Shown here piece after piece: positions 20,761 to 29,040 of a stretch of 34,526 nt of DNA. The position numbers and the translations under genes were made by a program. The notes under the pieces were generated by a model, which was not told the DNA's origin, did no database searches, and saw only the letters and a list, made by a program, of their open reading frames with translations. Within the stretch, counting starts at the first letter, position 1, and each line of letters begins with the position of its first letter. The stretch comes from Verrucomicrobiota bacterium (GTDB taxonomy: Bacteria > Verrucomicrobiota > Verrucomicrobiia > Limisphaerales > UBA11358): contig JBEKEJ010000002.1 in assembly GCA_050013895.1 (NCBI GenBank), forward strand, positions 1-34,526, written 5' to 3'.

Positions 20761-22017
20761 ATGAAGCAGAAAGATTTCGACATGCATAGGATGGCCTCAG
20801 TTTGTTTCCTGGCGGGTTGTGTCGCACTGGCGATCTCCGGATGCGGTAGCCTGGACCCGCGTCAAGAGGCAGCACCGTCGGCCGCTGTCGCTCGCGAGCG
20901 GAGCCTCCAGGCGCCGGCGGCAGAAAACGAGTTTGCCGGCAAGAACCGCTTCGGCATCGCCACCGGAACAATCCTCTACAACTTGCTCGTCGCGCGGAAC
21001 CACAATACCGCCCGTTTCGACAGCATGATGGATGATTTCAAGTCACTCGGCGTGGTCTGGATTCGCACGCTGGCGTCCTGGCGCGATATGGAGCGCTCGG
21101 AGGGATCGTACGACTTCTCGAATCTCGATTACCTCGTGCAGGCGGCCCGATCGCGTGGCATGAAGCTGATTCTGGAACCCAATGCGCCGCCCGCGTGGGC
21201 GGCGTATAAGCCGGAAAGCGACCGTCTGTTGCCGCCCGATCGGGGCGTGCCGCCCTTCGATGTGGCGGCCTATGCGCGATTCACCGGCAGGCTGGCAGCG
21301 CACCTGAGGCATTCCGACGCGCAGGGCACAGTGGCGGCCATCGAGTTGGGCAACGAACCCAACCATGTCAAGGCGTGGAATCCGCCCAGCGCCGCCAAGT
21401 ACACGAAAGGCCTTCTCATTCCCTGCTACAGCGCCATCAAGACGGCCAATTCCAATATGGTCGTGCTCATCGGCGGCATCGGCGGGATCAAAGATGCCAA
21501 TGGGGACTACGATCCCTACCGGTTCGTGAAGGAACTGTATGATAACGGGGCGCACGGATATTTCGACGGCATCAGCTACCACCCTTATTCCTATCCGGTT
21601 TTGGCCAGCGAATCGGCGGCCGGCTCGGGTATCCGGAAAAAGAAGGAACTCGAGGTGGGCACCGCCTGGCAACGGATGATCGCCGTTTACACGGACCTGA
21701 TGGTGCCGCATGGCGATGGCGAAAAGAAAATCTGGATTACGGAGTATGGCATGCCCACCAATGGGCCCCGGATCAAGAACGCGCAGCAGGAGGAGGCCAG
21801 ACAGGCCGAAATGGTTCGCGATGTGTATGCCTTGCTCAATGCGAACCCGCGTCGTTATCCCTGGATCGCCGGAATCGGCCCCCTCTGTTGGTTCTCGTAT
21901 CTGGACAAGGGCAACGATCCGACGAATCGCAAAGACTTCATGGGAATGGTCCGCTCCGATGGCACGCACAAGCCCGCCTGCGATGCCTATCGTCTGATGT
22001 CGTCGACAAGTTGGTGA
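20761..22017 (+). CDS. Clan GH-A (GH5/GH39-like) glycoside hydrolase lipoprotein
   Basis: It has a lipobox (LAISGC), the acid/base block IELGNEPNH and the nucleophile block KIWITEYGMP. The start is ATG 20761 or 20782. The tracked ORF begins at 20725. Confidence 0.7.
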   Translation: MKQKDFDMHRMASVCFLAGCVALAISGCGSLDPRQEAAPSAAVARERSLQAPAAENEFAGKNRFGIATGTILYNLLVARNHNTARFDSMMDDFKSLGVVWIRTLASWRDMERSEGSYDFSNLDYLVQAARSRGMKLILEPNAPPAWAAYKPESDRLLPPDRGVPPFDVAAYARFTGRLAAHLRHSDAQGTVAAIELGNEPNHVKAWNPPSAAKYTKGLLIPCYSAIKTANSNMVVLIGGIGGIKDANGDYDPYRFVKELYDNGAHGYFDGISYHPYSYPVLASESAAGSGIRKKKELEVGTAWQRMIAVYTDLMVPHGDGEKKIWITEYGMPTNGPRIKNAQQEEARQAEMVRDVYALLNANPRRYPWIAGIGPLCWFSYLDKGNDPTNRKDFMGMVRSDGTHKPACDAYRLMSSTSW

Positions 22018-22184
22018 CGAGCCGCGGGCGGTGGCAACGCGGCAGCGGGGTGGTTGAGGTTCCGGTATGGCACGCCTTCTTTGCGCGGGTTGAAGGCGCC
22101 TGAGTTCCGCCGGCGGCAAAATCCCGCATAATGGCCTGACCGCCTGCGACGTCAGACGCAAAATGGTCGCGCCACAATGATTAA

Positions 22185-22458
22185 CCCGAAATCCGAAGTT
22201 GATGGGGAGCGCACCCGCCCGGGGTGCGGTTTTCCGCGCCCGTCCGCGGCGCGCCAAAGCGCGCCAGCGCGACGGCGGCGCGGAAAACATCGGACGCAGC
22301 GAGATTTCCCGCACTCCGGTGTCCGTCACGCGCGCAAGAGGCTGGACGCGAGGCGCGTCCAGCCACACCCGATCCGTCTGCGCTTCGCTTCGACGCGACC
22401 GCGCCGAAGCCGGAGGCGAAGGCGGGGGCGGGTGTGCTCCCCAACGCCGGAATTCGGG
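22185..22458. mobile_element. MITE-like element, copy B (274 bp), same orientation as copy A
   Basis: Collinear with copy A. By my manual alignment, a 103-bp stretch (22340-22442) is identical to 8329-8431, and there are about 15 substitutions elsewhere. The termini are cccgaaatccgaag ... ccggaattcggg. The flanking pentamers ATTAA and TTTGA are not identical. Confidence 0.75.
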
Positions 22459-22796
22459 TTTGATGATCTTTCTTTTCCAACCCGGCGCGGACCTGATGCA
22501 GAAACGCGCCGATCCACGGTGAAGACCGGGAGCTTGACAACCTGGACGGTAATGGGAAATCTCAACGCAAGGCATACCACGGAAATTGCGGTTGGAATAT
22601 GAGGGCGCGATTTATCATGGGATGAATCGGGGAGACCGGAGCAAGGTCTGAAAGAGCAGCGAGAACCAGGCAGCAAGTTTCGAGGCTGTGCGATTTCGCA
22701 GACCCCATGTCCACGGAGAAGAACAACCCTAATGCGTGAAGAACCAGTGCTCAGGGGATAGGCAAATGGAAATCCCAAATCCAAAAGGAAAAAACT

Positions 22797-25700
22797 ATGC
22801 ATAGTCAGGTTTTTGAACACGATCCATCAATGTTCGGTGCGCATGCCTCTGCGAGTGAGAGACGCCGGACCTCAACGTGGCGTCTCGCGCTCGAAGGGCT
22901 GATCATCCTGCTGGGCTTCTTCATGTTGGCGCCATGCCACGGCGCGCCGGCAACGCTGCCCGCCAACGACGCGCTGACCTGGGGCAGGGAACCCGTCGAA
23001 GCCAGGACCAGCCAGCGCGCGACGATCTGCCTCAACGGGATCTGGCAGGCAATGCCCGCGGTGAACGACGCCCGCCAGCAACCCACCGCCGACTGGGGCT
23101 ACATCCGCGTTCCGGGCGGCTGGCAGGACAGCACGAATCGCATGCCCGGCATGATCGCCGCCGGAACCGGCGGCCCCTGGCAGGATTTCCGCAGCAATCA
23201 AGTTTCCCGCATGTGGTATCAGCGGCCGATCAACGTGCCCGCCGATTGGGCTGGACGCGCCGTGCTGCTGGAATTTCAACGCCTCAGCACCGATGCCCGG
23301 GTCTTCGTGAACGACCGCGAATGTGGCGAGGTGCACTGGCCCGAAGGTGCCGTGGACATCACACGCGCGGTCACGCCGGGCAAGGACGCAACGGTCCGCT
23401 TGCTGGTGGTGGCAACGCCCGATGCGTCGGCTGTCAAGTCCCTGCTGGCGGGCAACGAGCCCGAGCACGCTGCCCAACCGCAAGCGGAGCCAGACGTTCG
23501 CGGTCGCCGGGCGCGAGGCCTTACGGCACGCGGCTTGATCGGCGACGTCTTGCTGTGCAGCCGACCCGCCGGCGCCCACATTGACAGCATCTACGTCAAG
23601 ACGTCCACGCGGCAGAAACAGCTCGCCCTCGAGGTCGAACTGGCCGGTGTGGCCCAAAGTGGCAACGTGCATTTTACCGCCGTCGCGCTGGACGAAAAAG
23701 GCCGTGAGGAGCGCCGGTTCGAAACGAACCTTTCCGTGCACGGTGCCGAGACGCAAATTGCGCAGCCGGCCTGGTCGTGGCCAAACCCGCGGCTGTGGGA
23801 CATCGGCCAGCCCAGCCTCTACACACTCGTGCTCAAGGTCCAAGGCGCGGGGCTCAACGACGAGATGCAGCAGCCTTTCGGCTTCCGCGAGTTTTGGATT
23901 GACGGTCCCAGGTATTTCCTCAACGGCAAGGAACTCCGTATGCGCCCGGTGATGGGCCATCCGCAGGCCCGTGCCGTCGCCGAGGAAATGGACGGCCACA
24001 TTGATGCGTTCATGTGGGCGGGATACAACTTCCAGGAAATCTGGCCGAATGGAATAAGCGCCCGCGGCCAGCCTGATGATTATCTCATGTGGTACGAACG
24101 CGCCGATCTGAAGGGCTGGCCAATCAACTGCGTCCTTGAGGAAATCCAGCCCTACGCCGCCACGTGGAGCGATCCGGCGACCCGCGAGCATTTCCGCGCC
24201 GCCGCTGCGGCCCAGATCAAGGACTACCGCAATCATCCCTCGATCATCATGTGGACCACCAGCCCCAACTACGCCCGCGGCGACGAGACCCCGCGTATCA
24301 TCGGCAACCGCTCCGCGGCGTGGAACAAGCTGGGCGCATGGACCGAGGACCGATTCCCCAAACTTCAGGAAGCCATTGAAATCCTGCGTTCGCTCGACGG
24401 CACGCGCCCGGTCGTCTCCCATCATTCCGGCGCCGTCGGCGACGTGTACTCGCTGAACCTGTATCTGGACGTGATTCCGCTGCAGGAGCGCGAGGAGTGG
24501 TTGAGCTATTGGGCGGCCTTCGGCGACATGCCGTTCTTCTGCCCGGAGTTCGGCTGCCCGCTTCAGCCGACCTACCACCGTGGCCGCAATGGTTTCCACA
24601 ACTCGATTATCACCGAGCCGTTTGACGCGGAATACTGTGCCATCTATTTCGGAAATCAGGCCTACGCCGAAGAGACGCCGCTATACCGCTCGCAGATTCG
24701 CAGCCTGTTCCAAGGCGGGCAGACTTATGCGACGTGGCACTTCGATCCGGCGGAGGTTTGCGCCCCGAACATCCAGCAGCTCCAGGAGTTGTTCATGCGC
24801 AACACGTGGCGAAGCTGGCGCACCATGGGCAACACCGGCGGCATGTTTCCATGGTCGAACGCCGACAGTTGGGTTCTCAACACAAACGCCGACCAGGAAG
24901 TTGACCTGGGCCCGTTTGTGCCGGGCCGGCGCGGGTACTATTTTCACACGGCCACAATGGCCAACCTCCATTGGCTGGCCCCCCAGGCCGCCCGGATGTT
25001 GCCGGCGGCCAAAGCGCTGGTTGAAAACAACCAGCCGACGCTGGCGTGGATTTGCGGCCCCGGCGGAAGGCCCAACCCCGGCGTGTCCGGTCCCGATCAA
25101 GCGTTCACCGCCAAGGACCATAACTTCTGGACCGGCCGGACCATTGAGAAGCAGGTCGCCTTGTTGAATGACAACCGCATTCCCCAGAAATACTCGGTTC
25201 GGTGGGAGGCGACCGTCGCCGGACGGCGGGTGGACTCCGGTGATAACCAGGGAACCATTGATCCGGCCCAGACGCTGTTCGTGCCCATCAGGTTTAATGC
25301 CCCCGACCATATCAATGGCGCAAAGGTGGACGGCCAGATCACCATGACCGCCAGAATCGGCCAGGCAACGCATGAAGACCGCTTCGCCTTCCGCGTCTTT
25401 GCCGCGCCGGCGCCGCTCTCCGGCGATCTCGCGGTGTATGATCCGGCCGGCCAAACCACCGAACTGCTGCGCCGCCTGGGTTGTTCAGTGCACGAGTGGG
25501 ACCAGGTGACGGCCGAACCGCTGATTGTGATCGGGCGCTCGGCGCTCATGGGGCGCCCGGACCTGCTGCGCGAGATCGAGCCGTTCGTGCAGAACGGCGC
25601 CCGGGTGATCGTGTTCAGCCAGGACCCCGAGTTCATGCGCGACCGGCTCGGCCTGCGCGTCGCCTGGCACATGTCGCGCCGGGTTTTCCCGGTCTCGGCC

Positions 25701-26768
25701 AACCATCCCGTCATGGCAGGTCTGGATGCGACCGATTTGAGCGACTGGGCGGGCAGCAGCACGCTGCTGAATCCATTCCCTGATGGCACATGGGAGAAGC
25801 CTTTTGGATATAATTACGAACCTCCCATGGCGTTCTACGGCTGGCGCTGGGGCGGCCGCGGCGCGGTGGCCAGCGCATCGGTCGAGAAGCCGCACAAGGG
25901 CTCGTGGCGGCCGATCCTCGAAGATGAGTTTGACCTGGCTTACTCTCCACTCATGGAGCTGGACTACGGCAAGGGCCGTCTCACCTGGTGCATGTTGGAC
26001 CTGGAAGACCACGCCGCCAAGGACCCGGCGGCATTGGAGTTGGCGGGCCGGATCATGAACTATGTTCTGACCGCGCCCCTCACGCCCAAGGTGAACAAGA
26101 TGTTCTACATCGGCGACGATTTCGGCGCCAAACTCCTGGACGATCTTGGGTTCCTTTACGAGAAGGCCGCGGCGATCCCGGACGGCGCCGACCTGCTCGT
26201 GATCGGCTCAGGCGCCGTGCCGTCGGATGAAGCCGTCAGCGCCTTCGTCCAGGGCGGCGGCAAGGTACTGGTCCTGCCGCGCAGTGGCGAAAGTCTGCCG
26301 CTGGGCGGCACGCAGAAGAAAGCGGAGAGCTTCGCCGGCTCGCTGAACGTGCCCGACTGGCCGGAAGCCCGCGGGTTGAGCGAATCGGACCTGCGCTGGC
26401 GGACGGATACCGAAGCGTGGTTGATCGCCTCGGGCGGCGACGTGGGCGCGGATGGATTGCTGGCCCGAAAGGTTTTGGGCCGGGGCGTGCTGATATACTG
26501 CCAGCTCGACCCCAACCGCTTCGATGCCGACGACAAGACCTACTTTCGCTTCACGCGGTGGCGGCAGACCCGGGCGCTGTGCCAGGTGCTGGCCGATCTC
26601 GGCGGGCAGTTCGCGGCCGACAAGCTGATCTTCACGGTCATCCCGGAGAGCGTCGTCAAGCAGCCCTGGACGTTCGAGCCGGTGAAACAGCCGAGCAGCT
26701 TCTACAGTTCGGACTACCGCGATGATTATCCCTTGGGCGACGATCCGTATCGTTACTACAACTGGTAA
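22797..26768 (+). CDS. Large secreted GH2-like glycoside hydrolase (1323 aa) with a long C-terminal extension
   Basis: The N-terminal GH2 sugar-binding jelly-roll has LNGIWQ, WGYIRVPGGWQ, MWYQRPINVPADWAGRAVLLEFQRLSTDARVFVND. The Ig-like domain has LWDIGQPSLYTL and FGFREFWIDG.YFLNGK. The TIM barrel has YRNHPSIIMW and PFFCPEFG. The C-terminal ~500 aa contain two flavodoxin/GATase1-like stretches (LIVIGRSAL...ARVIVFSQ; ADLLVIGSGA...GGKVLVLPR). Confidence 0.7.
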   Translation: MHSQVFEHDPSMFGAHASASERRRTSTWRLALEGLIILLGFFMLAPCHGAPATLPANDALTWGREPVEARTSQRATICLNGIWQAMPAVNDARQQPTADWGYIRVPGGWQDSTNRMPGMIAAGTGGPWQDFRSNQVSRMWYQRPINVPADWAGRAVLLEFQRLSTDARVFVNDRECGEVHWPEGAVDITRAVTPGKDATVRLLVVATPDASAVKSLLAGNEPEHAAQPQAEPDVRGRRARGLTARGLIGDVLLCSRPAGAHIDSIYVKTSTRQKQLALEVELAGVAQSGNVHFTAVALDEKGREERRFETNLSVHGAETQIAQPAWSWPNPRLWDIGQPSLYTLVLKVQGAGLNDEMQQPFGFREFWIDGPRYFLNGKELRMRPVMGHPQARAVAEEMDGHIDAFMWAGYNFQEIWPNGISARGQPDDYLMWYERADLKGWPINCVLEEIQPYAATWSDPATREHFRAAAAAQIKDYRNHPSIIMWTTSPNYARGDETPRIIGNRSAAWNKLGAWTEDRFPKLQEAIEILRSLDGTRPVVSHHSGAVGDVYSLNLYLDVIPLQEREEWLSYWAAFGDMPFFCPEFGCPLQPTYHRGRNGFHNSIITEPFDAEYCAIYFGNQAYAEETPLYRSQIRSLFQGGQTYATWHFDPAEVCAPNIQQLQELFMRNTWRSWRTMGNTGGMFPWSNADSWVLNTNADQEVDLGPFVPGRRGYYFHTATMANLHWLAPQAARMLPAAKALVENNQPTLAWICGPGGRPNPGVSGPDQAFTAKDHNFWTGRTIEKQVALLNDNRIPQKYSVRWEATVAGRRVDSGDNQGTIDPAQTLFVPIRFNAPDHINGAKVDGQITMTARIGQATHEDRFAFRVFAAPAPLSGDLAVYDPAGQTTELLRRLGCSVHEWDQVTAEPLIVIGRSALMGRPDLLREIEPFVQNGARVIVFSQDPEFMRDRLGLRVAWHMSRRVFPVSANHPVMAGLDATDLSDWAGSSTLLNPFPDGTWEKPFGYNYEPPMAFYGWRWGGRGAVASASVEKPHKGSWRPILEDEFDLAYSPLMELDYGKGRLTWCMLDLEDHAAKDPAALELAGRIMNYVLTAPLTPKVNKMFYIGDDFGAKLLDDLGFLYEKAAAIPDGADLLVIGSGAVPSDEAVSAFVQGGGKVLVLPRSGESLPLGGTQKKAESFAGSLNVPDWPEARGLSESDLRWRTDTEAWLIASGGDVGADGLLARKVLGRGVLIYCQLDPNRFDADDKTYFRFTRWRQTRALCQVLADLGGQFAADKLIFTVIPESVVKQPWTFEPVKQPSSFYSSDYRDDYPLGDDPYRYYNW

Positions 26769-26839
26769 AGGCGCGTCGGGCAACGTTGAGCGTGTTACGC
26801 GCATGGCGACCGCGCAACTCGACGAACTCATCCCGGTTC

Positions 26840-27152
26840 TATGGCAGTTCCGATTAACATTGGCACGGTTTGATCTGATTTTGGAAAAGCGGCCTCGCAG
26901 GTGTGGTAGCGGCGGACGTCTCGTCTGCCGTAGAGGGCTGGCGTCCCGTCCACCCTCCACAGTAGTCCTGCTACGGAGGACGGGCCGCCCGGAAAGAACG
27001 ATGGCAGATGCGTGCGATTCTGAAATGTTCCAGCGCGGTCGGGGTTCAAGTGTTTTATCCGCCTAGCGGGACGCCCAGGCTCTACGGCAGGCAGGATGCC
27101 CGCCACTACGGAAAGGCGACGGAGTGCGCCAATGTCAACATGAACTGCCATA
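26840..27152. repeat. 313-bp nested palindromic repeat complex (MITE/REP-like)
   Basis: Outer arms: tatggcagttccgattaacattggc (26840-26864) versus gccaatgtcaacatgaactgccata (27128-27152). Inner arms: gtagcggcggacgtctcgtctgccgtagagggctggcgtcccg (from 26906) versus its inverted relative cgggacgcccaggctctacggcaggcaggatgcccgccactac (from 27067). The central hairpin module at 26947-26984 (cgtccaccctccacagtagtcctgctacggaggacggg) is also present, inverted, inside MITE copy C. Confidence 0.65.
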
Positions 27153-27244
27153 CCGGTGACGGTCACCCCGGTCAATTTGATCATGGCATTGACAAATCAA
27201 CGCCCGCGGACTTAGCTCTGGACCATCAAACTCAAATCCAGCCA

Positions 27245-28957
27245 ATGAACAAACCGAAAAACATCAACGAATTCAACCGGCGTGATTTCCTTAAAACCAG
27301 TCTCGTTGCCTCCGTCGCAGCGACGACGGTTGGCGTGGCAACTGCGGCGGAAAATACGCCCGCCGCGTCTTCCGCGACATCTGCGTTGAAAACAGAGACC
27401 CCATCCGTCATCAGCGTGACCGATGCGAAACCCGCCGCGCCGCTTCGCAAGCCCTGGAAGAACGCCATTGCCGTGGGGCGCGCCTATGAACTCCTGCGGG
27501 ATGACGTTCAAAGTCATCTGGCAATTTTGCAGCGCGCTATCGGCTATCGTTATTGCCGATTCCACGGTTTGTTCCACGACGAAATGGCCGTCGTGGCGCG
27601 CCGGAAGGACGGCACGCTGGCGTTCCGCTGGCACCAGGTGGACAAGGTTTTTGATGCGCTGCAACGGCTCGGTCTGCGTCCTTTTGTGGAGCTATCCACC
27701 ATGCCGGTGGCGCTGGCTTCCGGAACTGCGACGGTCTTTGATTGGGAATTCAACACCACGCCGCCCAGCGACTACGCGGAATGGGGCCGGTTGGTGGAGG
27801 CATTCGCCCGTCATTGTCTGGACCGCTACGGTTTGGAAGAAATAGCGCAATGGTATTACGAGGTTTGGAATGAACCAAACATCAACTTTTGGACGGGTTC
27901 CAGGGAAGACTACTGGAAGCTCTAAGACGCCTCGGCGGCCGCGCTCAAGGCGGTCAGCCCGCGTCTCCGGGTCGGCGGGCCGGTCACCGCCAGGGGCGAA
28001 TGGATTCCGGAAATAATTGCACACTGTTCGTCCACCGGCGTGCCGCTGGACTTCATCAGCACCCATATCTACTCGCAGGATGAATACGTGGCCTATCCGG
28101 AGCGCAGGGGCAGCCCGCATAAACCCGGCGCGTTCACCGCGGACATCGTGCGGGGGATCCGCCAGACCGTCCGCCAGTCCGCATTTCCCAATTTGGAAAT
28201 ACACTGGACGGAGTGGAACAGCGAAACGTCTTCGCCCGGCGAGGAGATTTCCTGGGACAATAATCCGCACGTGGATGACCTGTCCGGCGCTGCCATCACC
28301 TGCGACATCGCCACGGCGGTTGATGGGGACTGTGACACTTTCTGCTGGTGGACGGCCAGTGATGTTTTTGAAGAAAGCGGCATGCCGCAGAGCGAGTTTT
28401 CCCGCACCTTCGGACTGCTGACGCTGAACGGCCTGCCCAAAGCGACGTTTAACGCCTTCAGCTTTCTCAACCGCCTGCGAGGCGGGCGGCTGGAAGTCCG
28501 CCACGAGGCGCTGGCGCCCGGTCGCGGTCTGGTGGCGACAGCGGAAGGGCAAAGCCGGCAAGTCCTGCTTTGGCACCGGATTCTGCCGGAGGCCGGAGCG
28601 CAGCAACCTTGGGAAGGCATGCTGGAAATGCCCTGGACTGAATCCGCCAAGCCCGTGCTGGTGCAGGAGCGAATCACGGCCGGCGCCGGCAGTTGCTGCG
28701 AGACCTGGCAGTCGTTGGGCCGGCCTCAGAACCTCTCGCCGATCGAACATCATCTGCTCGAAGTCCATGCCGCTCCCGAGGCGCGATTGTTCCAGCCGGA
28801 CGCCAAAAACGGCCAGGTGACTCACGACTTTCGCTTGGCCCCCGGAGAAGTGCTGTATCTGGAATTGCGTCCACAGGAAGCGGCCGCCCTGCCCAAGGCG
28901 CCGTTGCGGCAGGAACTGAAGGCCTGGTATGCGGCCATGCGCGCAAAGTCAAAATAG
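27245..28957 (+). pseudogene. Tat-signal GH39-like glycoside hydrolase, tandem paralog 1, interrupted by one in-frame TAA (27923-27925)
   Basis: Tracked ORFs 27008..27925 and 28040..28957 are in the same frame. Reading 27245-28957 gives 1713 nt, the same length as the intact paralog 29041..30753. The two are collinear throughout. The only defect is TAA where the paralog has TAT (Tyr) in ...YWKL(Y)DAS.... The Tat signal NRRDFLKTSLVASV and the catalytic blocks WYYEVWNEPN and EIHWTEW are intact. Confidence 0.75.
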
Positions 28958-29040
28958 GGATCGGGGATTAAGAAGTGCATAACGAGTTTCGGTCCGCCGC
29001 TCCGTGATGGCGAGGATGCGTTTCGCAGGGGGATCGGTTT

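Noticed and set aside
22520-22560. TTGACA -35-like hexamer upstream of the GH2-like gene, and TTGACA at 27190 upstream of GH39 copy 1
   Set aside because: No acceptable -10 hexamer lies at 16-18 nt spacing in either case (AAATCT and TTAGCT), so these are not reported as promoters.
21043-22575. 510-aa minus-strand ORF
   Set aside because: It is antisense to the well-supported GH-A lipoprotein gene and runs on through MITE copy B. The product is Arg/Pro/Gly-rich with no recognisable motif. It is a typical high-GC shadow ORF.
27008-27244. Upstream part of tracked ORF 27008..27925
   Set aside because: It runs through the nested palindromic repeat. Homology to the intact paralog starts at the ATG at 27245 (MNKPKNINEFNRRDFLK versus MSKLQNQNELNRRDFLK).
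13006-28825. Other long minus-strand ORFs: 13006..14190, 14997..15884, 16047..17060, 19260..20564, 22872..24599, 24681..25454, 26208..26960, 27692..28825. The same applies to 6064..7116 and 4516..5307 inside metH, outside the given range.
   Set aside because: All lie antisense to plus-strand genes with clear family motifs. They have biased Arg/Gly/Pro/Ala composition and no motifs I can recognise.
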